Shown: piece after piece, positions 56,406-64,000 of the stretch
How positions within the stretch are numbered: position 1 is the first letter of the stretch
How the letters are laid out: each line of letters begins with the position of its first letter
Source: an uncultured Candidatus Saccharibacteria bacterium
GTDB lineage: Bacteria; Patescibacteriota; JAQUNI01
DNA length: 64,000 nt
Direction of reading: 5' to 3'
NCBI GenBank assembly: GCA_964555185.1
Contig: CAZKRD010000003.1
Coordinates: 19,943-83,942, forward strand
Notes under the pieces: generated by a model
Database searches by the model: none
Seen by the model: only the letters and a program-made list of their open reading frames with translations
Told to the model about the DNA's origin: nothing
Position numbers and translations under genes: made by a program

Positions 56406-56713
56406 CTTTAGTTATAGTCATGGGGACTTGAACAACCACTGAAAAAGATGAGATACATAGGTAACACCTTGACAGTAATTCTAGCTATGTTACACTAGAG
56501 TTATGGAAAATATATTGAGGCAAGACTGATAGTCTTTTGTCTTAAGAGGCTCGTTTTTGGTTGATCCAAAAGGAGATTTGTTTTATTTACTTTTTGTTTT
56601 TGAATTTTGCTTTTAAATAAAATTTTCGCCCTTCTAGGTTATATCTTATTGAATTAAAAGGGTGGCTAGAAATTTTCCCTATTTGCGAATTTTTTTCAAT
56701 TTTTAAATAGGAT

Positions 56714-59700
56714 TTGAAATTTATGGGAATCTCTAAACCGGTCAAAAAAAAGTCTTCCCAAGGATCTAATCGGGTGAATAGATTCTCCCCTCGCAGATAT
56801 TTTTCTAAAAAACAGGAAGTGATCAAGCAGCCTAATTTGATTGAGATTCAAATTCATTCTTACGATTGGTTTATCAAAGAGGGTTTGAGGGAGTTGTTTG
56901 ATGAGATTTCACCGATTTGCGATTATTCCAGCAAAGAGCTGGAATTATATTTCAAAAAGTATTATTTGGATGAACCTAAATACGATGAATTTACCGCCAA
57001 GGTGAGGAACACTACTTTTGAGGCCCCATTGCGCTGTCAGGTTGAATTGAGAAATAAAAAAACTAAAGAAATTAAAGAGCAAGAAATTTACCTCGGGGAT
57101 TTTCCGTTAATGACACCACGAGGTACTTTTGTTATTAACGGAGTGGAAAGAGTAGTGGTTTCTCAATTGATCCGTTCGCCGGGCGTGTTCTTTACGGCTG
57201 AAAATAATCAGGGCCGTAAATTGTTTGGTGCTAAGGTAATTCCCAACCGAGGGGCTTGGCTTGAGTTTGAAACCGACAAACAGGGAGTGATTAATGTTAA
57301 AATTGATCGCAAGCGAAAAGTTCCAGTTACCGCGCTTTTACGCGCTTTTGGTTATGCGGATAACAAACAGCTTAGAGATTTATTTGACGATGTTGATGCC
57401 AACCCTGATCTCTCTTACATCAAGGTGACGATCAAAAAAGACCACTCCAGCAACCAAGACGAGGGCTTGAAAGAAGTCTATAAAAGGATTAGGCCAGGGG
57501 ATTTGGCCACGGCTGATAATGCCCGCTCTTTGATTTACGCTATGTTTTTTAATTTTGATCGTTATGATTTTGGCAAAGTAGGTCGCTTTAAAATGAATAA
57601 AAGATTAGGGCTCAAAGTTCCGATGAACAAAAAGGGCCGTGTTTTACAACAAGAGGATTTGGTGGCTATCGTGCGCGAGATCATTCGACTGAACAATATC
57701 CAAGGCGAGCCGGATGATATTGACCACTTGGGCAATAGAAGAGTGCGGGCAGTAGGCGAACTGATTCAAAATAGATTCAGGGTGGGTTTGGCGCGCATGG
57801 AAAGGATCGTCCATGACCGGATGAGTACTCTGGATTTAACAGCGATCGCTCCCTCTCAATTGATCAATGCTCGACCAGTGATTGCAGCTGTCCGGGAATT
57901 TTTTATGTCTTCACAGCTCTCCCAATTTATGGACCAGACCAATCCTTTAGCTGAACTTGCTCATAAAAGGAGGTTGTCGGCAATGGGACCAGGCGGCCTG
58001 CATCGCAAGCGCGCAGGATTTGATGTCCGTGACGTCCATCGTTCACACTATGGTCGGATCTGCCCGATTGCTACTCCTGAAGGTCCTAACATCGGCCTGG
58101 TCGGACACCTTGCTAATTTCGCCTGTTTGAATGAATATGGCTTTATTGAGACTCCTTACCGCAAGGTGATCCACAAGGTTCCGAATCAGCCGGCGAAAAC
58201 ACGGGGTGAGATTGCGCGCGGCAATTACAAAAACAGAAGAGGAAAAATAATCGTAGGTGATAACGAGGAGATTAGCCCCATAGCGGCCTCTAAACTTGCC
58301 AAGGAAAAATTGAAAGAGATTACAGTGAAGCCCAGGGTGAGCAAGGAGATTGTTTACCTTGATGCTTTTGAAGAGGAGAGAATAATTACAGTACCCGCCA
58401 CAGTAAAATTAGACGAAAAAGGTCATTTTTTGGAAGAACATATTCGCTGCCGCGTCCACGGGGAACCCACGATTCGTTCTTCGGAAAAGGCGGACTATGT
58501 GGATGTGTCCCCGCGTCAGATCATCAGCCTGGCCACGTCCTTGATTCCTTTTTTGGAACATGATGACGCGAGTAGGGCTCTGATGGGCAGTAATATGCAG
58601 CGTCAAGCCGTGTCTTGTATTGTACCCGAAGCACCTTTGGTCGGTACAGGAGCGGAGAAGGCGGCCGCTTTGTATTCGGGCCAGGCAGTAGTCGCGGAGA
58701 AGGCGGGCAAGGTGATTAAAGTATCTTCAAATCAGATTCAACTCTTGGCTTTAGATGGCGAGATTTTAAAATATAATCTTCTCAAATTTGCGCGTTCCAA
58801 TGCTTCTACCTGTATGAATCAGCGCCCTCTTGTTGCAAAGGGTCAGCGAGTGAAAAAGGGCGACATTATTGCCGATGGTGCTTCCACCCACGAGGGAGAG
58901 TTGGCGCTGGGACAGAATTTACTAGTAGCTTTTATGGCCTGGGAAGGTGGTAATTTTGAGGACGCGATTTTGATTTCAGACCGGGTAGTCCAAACCGATC
59001 GTTACTCTTCTATTCATGTTGAGGATTTCTCTATGGATATGCGCGACACAAAGCTGGGGCCAGAAATGGTGACTCGGGATATCCCCAATGTAGGGGAAGA
59101 GCGCCTTAAAGATCTTGATGAAGAAGGAATTGTTCGGATTGGCGCCGACGTATCTTCGGGTGATATTTTAGTGGGCAAAGTAACCCTTAAAGGAGAAAGC
59201 GATTTAACCGCAGAGGAGAAGCTGCTCCGTGCTATTTTTGGAGAGGAAGCCCGCGATGTAAAGGACACCTCTCTTTATCTGCAGCACGGTGAGCACGGCA
59301 AGGTGGTTGATGTGAAGATATTTTCTCGCGAACAAGGCGACAAGTTGCCCACTGGCGTGATTAAGACGATCCAAGTGAGCGTGGCTAATTTGCGAAAGAT
59401 TCAGGTTGGCGACAAGATGGCCGGCCGGCACGGTAATAAAGGGGTCATTTCCCGAATTGTTCCCCAGGAAGATATGCCGTTTTTGAAAGATGGGACACCG
59501 ATGGACATTGTCCTTTCCCCCTTAGGCGTGGTTTCCAGAATGAATATTGGTCAAATCTTGGAGACCCACTTGGGTTGGGCAGCCAAAAGGCTAGGATACA
59601 AAGCGGCTAGTCCCGCTCTCAATGGGGTTAGTGAGGAAACTATCCGCGGCGAGCTTAAAGATGCGGGCCTGCCAGAAGACGGCAAGGTTGTTCTTTACGA

Positions 59701-60112
59701 TGGTCGCAGAGGTTTGCCTTTTAATGAGAAGGTTACAGTTGGTATTATTTATATGATGAAGTTGAATCATTTGGTGGAGGATAAAATGCACCAACGTTCA
59801 ATCGGCCCTTATTCTCTGGTTACCCAGCAACCCTTGGGAGGCAAGGCCCAGTTTGGAGGTCAGCGTTTTGGCGAGATGGAAGTTTGGGCTCTGGAGGCTT
59901 ATGGTGCGGCTCATACCTTGCAGGAAATGTTGACAATAAAATCTGATGACGTTTTAGGCCGTTCAAAAACTTACGAGTCTATTATTAAAGGAGAGGAAAT
60001 CTTGAAGCCCCATGTGCCAGAATCATTTAATGTCTTAGTTAAAGAATTGAAGGGGCTTTGTTTGGACGTGGAGTTAGTAGGGCAAGAACAGAAGCTAAAT
60101 CGTAAGAGTTAA
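56714..60112 (+). CDS. rpoB: DNA-directed RNA polymerase subunit beta
   Basis: conserved beta-subunit blocks throughout ([24 protein letters not shown]-like, [14 protein letters not shown]); 1132 aa. Confidence 0.97.
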   Translation: MKFMGISKPVKKKSSQGSNRVNRFSPRRYFSKKQEVIKQPNLIEIQIHSYDWFIKEGLRELFDEISPICDYSSKELELYFKKYYLDEPKYDEFTAKVRNTTFEAPLRCQVELRNKKTKEIKEQEIYLGDFPLMTPRGTFVINGVERVVVSQLIRSPGVFFTAENNQGRKLFGAKVIPNRGAWLEFETDKQGVINVKIDRKRKVPVTALLRAFGYADNKQLRDLFDDVDANPDLSYIKVTIKKDHSSNQDEGLKEVYKRIRPGDLATADNARSLIYAMFFNFDRYDFGKVGRFKMNKRLGLKVPMNKKGRVLQQEDLVAIVREIIRLNNIQGEPDDIDHLGNRRVRAVGELIQNRFRVGLARMERIVHDRMSTLDLTAIAPSQLINARPVIAAVREFFMSSQLSQFMDQTNPLAELAHKRRLSAMGPGGLHRKRAGFDVRDVHRSHYGRICPIATPEGPNIGLVGHLANFACLNEYGFIETPYRKVIHKVPNQPAKTRGEIARGNYKNRRGKIIVGDNEEISPIAASKLAKEKLKEITVKPRVSKEIVYLDAFEEERIITVPATVKLDEKGHFLEEHIRCRVHGEPTIRSSEKADYVDVSPRQIISLATSLIPFLEHDDASRALMGSNMQRQAVSCIVPEAPLVGTGAEKAAALYSGQAVVAEKAGKVIKVSSNQIQLLALDGEILKYNLLKFARSNASTCMNQRPLVAKGQRVKKGDIIADGASTHEGELALGQNLLVAFMAWEGGNFEDAILISDRVVQTDRYSSIHVEDFSMDMRDTKLGPEMVTRDIPNVGEERLKDLDEEGIVRIGADVSSGDILVGKVTLKGESDLTAEEKLLRAIFGEEARDVKDTSLYLQHGEHGKVVDVKIFSREQGDKLPTGVIKTIQVSVANLRKIQVGDKMAGRHGNKGVISRIVPQEDMPFLKDGTPMDIVLSPLGVVSRMNIGQILETHLGWAAKRLGYKAASPALNGVSEETIRGELKDAGLPEDGKVVLYDGRRGLPFNEKVTVGIIYMMKLNHLVEDKMHQRSIGPYSLVTQQPLGGKAQFGGQRFGEMEVWALEAYGAAHTLQEMLTIKSDDVLGRSKTYESIIKGEEILKPHVPESFNVLVKELKGLCLDVELVGQEQKLNRKS

Positions 60113-60181
60113 AAATTATATCTACCCGCCTCATTTAAGATTTGGTTTTAGCTTTTAGGTTTTAGCTTTTAACTTTTTTCA

Positions 60182-60736
60182 ATGTATCTTCCCACGACTC
60201 ATGCCGCCCTTGGTGTTTTAGGAGCTGTTCTTGCAAGAGCAGGTTCAGAGTATGTTTTGGATTATAAGATTGTGATTTGGGGGATGGTTTTTGGAGTACT
60301 GCCGGATCTTGATTACATCTATTACCTCATCCGTTGCGGGATCAGGCCGGTCGAATACAGCCATGAACACAGACAGGCGGTCACCCATAGTTTTTTTCCT
60401 CATCTGGCAGTAAGTACGATTTTATTCTTTGTCTGGGGGAGACCCGAAGCCCTGGTGTATTTGTTCGCTGTCTTAAGCCATCTAGTTTTAGACAGTGTAC
60501 ATCCGCCATGGGGGATTCGTTGGCTTTGGCCTGCCTCTGGAAATTTCTACAGCATAGGTTTTCGTTCTGGTTTTACAGCAATAGGCAAAAAAGAACTGGA
60601 TAGATTTGTTAAGACAAGGGCGGATCGGGGCTGGGTCAGACGTTTTGTTAGATTAAATAATCCTTATTTCATCTTTGAGGCTTTAATTTTTTTAAGTTTC
60701 GTGAGTTTTCTTATTTACTTCTGTTTTTATTTATGA
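60182..60736 (+). CDS. DUF457-like membrane-bound metal-dependent hydrolase (YdjM-like)
   Basis: H...LPDLDY...HR..THSFF...H pattern in a polytopic membrane protein. Confidence 0.45.
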   Translation: MYLPTTHAALGVLGAVLARAGSEYVLDYKIVIWGMVFGVLPDLDYIYYLIRCGIRPVEYSHEHRQAVTHSFFPHLAVSTILFFVWGRPEALVYLFAVLSHLVLDSVHPPWGIRWLWPASGNFYSIGFRSGFTAIGKKELDRFVKTRADRGWVRRFVRLNNPYFIFEALIFLSFVSFLIYFCFYL

Positions 60737-63700
60737 ATTCATTTAAAGCAATCAAATTAAAACTTGCTTCTCCGGAAGAAATTTTGTCTTGGTCGCATGG
60801 TGAAGTGACCCGCCCGGAAACAATCAACTACCGCACGGGTAAACCCGAGAAAGACGGCCTTTTTTGCGAGAAAATATTCGGGCCGACAAAGGATTGGGAG
60901 TGTTATTGCGGTAAATATAAGCGGATACGTTACAAGGGAATTATTTGTGATAAGTGTGGCGTGGAGGTTACCCGTTCCATTGTCCGTCGCGAGAGGATGG
61001 GAAATATTTCTTTGGCCACGCCTGTTTCTCATATTTGGTTTTTGAGGGGGGTTCCTTCCAAGATTGGACTTCTTTTGAACCTGGGCGTTCAGAGTTTGGA
61101 AAAAGTGATCTACTTTGCTAACTACATTATCACTAAGGTTAATAAGGGGGCAAAGGAGGAGGTGAAACAGAGAATCGAGAAGGAATTCCAGGATAAGCAA
61201 CGGGCGATTAACAAAACACACAAAGAGACAGTTAACTTAATTAAACAGAGGAAAGGCAAGGCCTTATCCAAAATAAAGAGTACAACTAAACGTAAAGGAA
61301 TTCTAGACAAGTTTGATCGTAAAGTGATTAAAGCGCATCAACAAAAAGAGAAAGATCAGGAAAGACTTTCTCGCGCTCATGTTTTGGCCCAGAAGGAGCT
61401 TGCGGAGATCAAGCGGCTGGCTGTGATTTCCGAACTATTGTATCGAAATTTTTCCCTAAAATATGGAGAGGTCTTTGAGGCGAGCATCGGCGCAGGGGCA
61501 ATTCGTCAGATTTTGGCCAAGATAGACCTAGGGAGGTTGAGCAAAAAATTAAGCCAAGAACTGCAGAATGCTTCTTCCACAGAAAAGAAACGGCTGAAGA
61601 AAAGAGTTTCTTTGGTTCAGGGCCTTCTGGTTGCTAAGATTCGTCCCGAATGGATGGTGTTAACAGAGCTTCCCATAATTCCCCCAGATCTTCGGCCAAT
61701 GGTTCAATTAGACGGCGGTCGTTTTGCCGCGTCTGATCTTAATGATCTTTATCGTCGGATCATCAATCGCAATAATCGATTAAGAAGACTACAGGAATTG
61801 AACGCTCCAGAAGTCATTCAACGTAACGAAAAAAGGATGCTTCAGGAAGCGGTGGACTCTCTGATTGATAATGAGGCGCGGCGCGGCCGGGCAGCTTCCA
61901 CAACGACTGGCCAGAGGCGAACCTTAAGGTCAGTGGCTGATATGCTTAAAGGCAAGCAGGGTCGATTTCGTCAGAATCTTTTGGGCAAAAGGGTGGACTA
62001 CTCTGGGCGGAGTGTAATCGTGGTCGGTCCAAAATTAAAACTGCATCAATGCGGCATTCCAAAGAAAATGGCCTTGGAGCTTTTTAAACCTTTTGTGATT
62101 TCGAGATTAATTCAAGAGGAATATGCCCATAATGTACGTTCCGCAGGCAAGCTCTTAGAAGCCGCCACCGCCGAAGTTTGGGATATCTTAGAGGACGTGA
62201 TTAAAGATCAGTATGTGCTTTTAAACAGGGCCCCGACCCTCCACCGTTTGAGCATCCAGGCTTTCAGGCCGGTTCTGATCGAGGGGAAGGCGATTCAGAT
62301 TCATCCTATGGTTTGCGCCGCCTTTAACGCGGATTTTGATGGTGATCAGATGGCGGTTCATGTCCCCTTAACAGATATGGCCCGGAGAGAAGCAGAGAAA
62401 ATAATGCTTTCCTCGCGGAATCTTTTGAAGCCAGCCACAGGCGAGCCAATTACTACAGCCTCAAAGGCGATCGTTTTAGGCTGTTACTATATGACCCGTT
62501 TGCGCAAAAAAGATCAGACTAAGATTAGGATTTTTTCGGATTCTAATGAAGCACTTTTGGCGTATGAGCTTCATGACATAGATATCCAGGGGCTGATCGA
62601 GGTCAGGGTTGGTTCGAGCAAGAGAATTAAGACTTGTGTGGGAAGGATTATTTTTAATCAGATTCTCCCCCACTCGTTACGTTTCCAGAATAAGGTGATG
62701 GATAAGAAGGAGCTCAAAGATTTAATTCATCTTTGTTTAAAAAAGCATGGTCGCAAGCGGGCCGTTAAATTGATTGATGACATTAAAGATATTGGATTTG
62801 AATACCTGACTCGCTCTGGACTTTCTTGGGGGATGGCTGATCTGGTAACCCCTTCCCAAAAAGAGGAGTTATTGGCGCAGGCGGATACTCAAGTAAGTCA
62901 GATCTACAGACAGTTTAAGGAAGGGCTTTTGACTGATGAAGAACGTTATGCAAAGGTTTTAGAGATTTGGACCAAGACTAAGGATTTGATTACCAAGTTT
63001 GCAACCAAAACCATAGATCAACACGGACCGCTTTATTCTATGCTCATCTCGGGAGCGAGAGGGAGCTGGAGCCAAGCGTCTCAACTTGTTGGGATGAAGG
63101 GTCTGGTCGCCAACCCAGCTGGCAAAACAATTGAGTTGCCAGTCAGGGATAGTTTTAAAGAAGGGTTTTCTGTTTTAGAGTACTTTATTTCCACGCATGG
63201 AACGAGGAAAGGAATGTCCGACACGGCCCTTCGGACCGCCACCGCCGGTTATTTGACCAGGAGGCTGGTGGACGTCTGCCAGGAAGTAGTAATCAAAGAA
63301 AAGGACTGCAAAGACAAGACAGGGATTCTGATTACGCGCGAGGAAACCGAGGAGATGGGGGAAACGATTGCTGGTCGAGTAACGGGACGCACTTCTTTAA
63401 CCTCCCTTTCTGATCTCAAAACAGGTGGGATTGTGGTCAAGAAGGGAGATTTGATCAATGAAGAGCAGGCCCTCAAAATAGCTAAGATAGACCCAGACGA
63501 ATTCCGAATCCGTTCCTCTCTGACCTGTAAAACTCCTAAGGGGATTTGTCAGAGATGTTATGGTTGGGATTTAGGACATAATAGATTGGTTCGATTAGGC
63601 GAGGCAGTAGGCATCATCGCCGCTCAATCTATCGGTGAGCCTGGCACTCAACTCACGATGCGTACTTTCCACACAGGAGGAGTAGCAGAGGGAGATATTA

Positions 63701-64000
63701 TTCAGGGTCTGCCTCGGGTAGAGGAGCTTTTTGAGTGCCGAGCTGTAAAAAAGCCGGCGATCATGGCAGAGGTCGGCGGCATTGTTGACGTTGAAGAAAC
63801 AGGGGACAAGAAAATTTTGAGAATATTCCCTCAAGATGTTATTGTCGATCGTTATCAGATCAAAGGCAAAAAAGTACAAATTGAAACCGGGGATCATGTC
63901 GAGGCCAAAGAGGTTTTAGCGGTATCTAACCAGTCACCCCACAAAGGACGTAAGATTAAAGCCAAGGCGGCAGGGTCGGTCCGGATCGAGGGGGAGGTGT
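60733..64000 (+). CDS. rpoC: DNA-directed RNA polymerase subunit beta' (3' end beyond window)
   Basis: MNSFKAIKLKLASPEEILSWSHGEVTRPETINYRTGKPEKDGLFCEKIFGP..., Zn finger CYCGKY...CDKCG, NADFDGDQM catalytic motif; ATG overlaps the previous stop. Confidence 0.95.
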   Translation, partial: MNSFKAIKLKLASPEEILSWSHGEVTRPETINYRTGKPEKDGLFCEKIFGPTKDWECYCGKYKRIRYKGIICDKCGVEVTRSIVRRERMGNISLATPVSHIWFLRGVPSKIGLLLNLGVQSLEKVIYFANYIITKVNKGAKEEVKQRIEKEFQDKQRAINKTHKETVNLIKQRKGKALSKIKSTTKRKGILDKFDRKVIKAHQQKEKDQERLSRAHVLAQKELAEIKRLAVISELLYRNFSLKYGEVFEASIGAGAIRQILAKIDLGRLSKKLSQELQNASSTEKKRLKKRVSLVQGLLVAKIRPEWMVLTELPIIPPDLRPMVQLDGGRFAASDLNDLYRRIINRNNRLRRLQELNAPEVIQRNEKRMLQEAVDSLIDNEARRGRAASTTTGQRRTLRSVADMLKGKQGRFRQNLLGKRVDYSGRSVIVVGPKLKLHQCGIPKKMALELFKPFVISRLIQEEYAHNVRSAGKLLEAATAEVWDILEDVIKDQYVLLNRAPTLHRLSIQAFRPVLIEGKAIQIHPMVCAAFNADFDGDQMAVHVPLTDMARREAEKIMLSSRNLLKPATGEPITTASKAIVLGCYYMTRLRKKDQTKIRIFSDSNEALLAYELHDIDIQGLIEVRVGSSKRIKTCVGRIIFNQILPHSLRFQNKVMDKKELKDLIHLCLKKHGRKRAVKLIDDIKDIGFEYLTRSGLSWGMADLVTPSQKEELLAQADTQVSQIYRQFKEGLLTDEERYAKVLEIWTKTKDLITKFATKTIDQHGPLYSMLISGARGSWSQASQLVGMKGLVANPAGKTIELPVRDSFKEGFSVLEYFISTHGTRKGMSDTALRTATAGYLTRRLVDVCQEVVIKEKDCKDKTGILITREETEEMGETIAGRVTGRTSLTSLSDLKTGGIVVKKGDLINEEQALKIAKIDPDEFRIRSSLTCKTPKGICQRCYGWDLGHNRLVRLGEAVGIIAAQSIGEPGTQLTMRTFHTGGVAEGDIIQGLPRVEELFECRAVKKPAIMAEVGGIVDVEETGDKKILRIFPQDVIVDRYQIKGKKVQIETGDHVEAKEVLAVSNQSPHKGRKIKAKAAGSVRIEGEV

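Overview
Compact, AT-rich bacterial genome segment, read with the standard genetic code (TGA terminates conserved genes at their expected lengths). Gene content and architecture suggest a small-genome lineage of the Patescibacteria/CPR type; this is an inference from short intergenic spacers, scattered tsaD/tsaE/tsaB, FemAB, a type IV pilus ATPase and a truncated TsaB. The window has two parts. (1) Positions ~1-20,430 are accessory and mobile. They hold secreted and small-membrane protein paralogs; a BcgI-like type IIB restriction-modification cassette (fused PD-(D/E)xK endonuclease + N6-adenine methylase, plus a specificity gene broken by one in-frame TAG) bracketed exactly by 38-bp terminal inverted repeats and adjacent to a NucS/DUF91-like nuclease; a duplicated 5' fragment of a lipoprotein gene abutting that cassette; and an AT-rich integrative element with small hypothetical cargo genes, SpoVG, a winged-helix protein followed by an iteron array, an excisionase-like HTH and a large serine recombinase. 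The recombinase 3' end runs into, and truncates, a lamin-tail-domain (LTD) repeat gene. (2) Positions ~20,430-64,000 are core: SIS isomerase, ruvB, VanW, Hsp20, PrsW, vWA protein, tRNA-Glu, tsaD, pilB-like ATPase, uppP, tsaE, polA, holA, rpsT, uvrB, ruvA, femAB-family, Mur ligase, tsaB, rpoB, rpoC (runs off the window end). Unexplained structure worth follow-up: a ~300-nt highly structured non-coding region after ruvB; an overlapping higher-GC ORF pair (+1 frame offset) with a transaldolase-like active-site motif; three REP-like hairpin repeats; a GC-rich lipoprotein cassette flanked by 70-bp direct repeats next to tRNA-Glu; and AATTTCC/AAATTCA short-repeat insertions inside tsaD (7 bp x4) and femAB (2 x 40 bp). 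All calls are by eye from the sequence and ORF track; no database searches were run.
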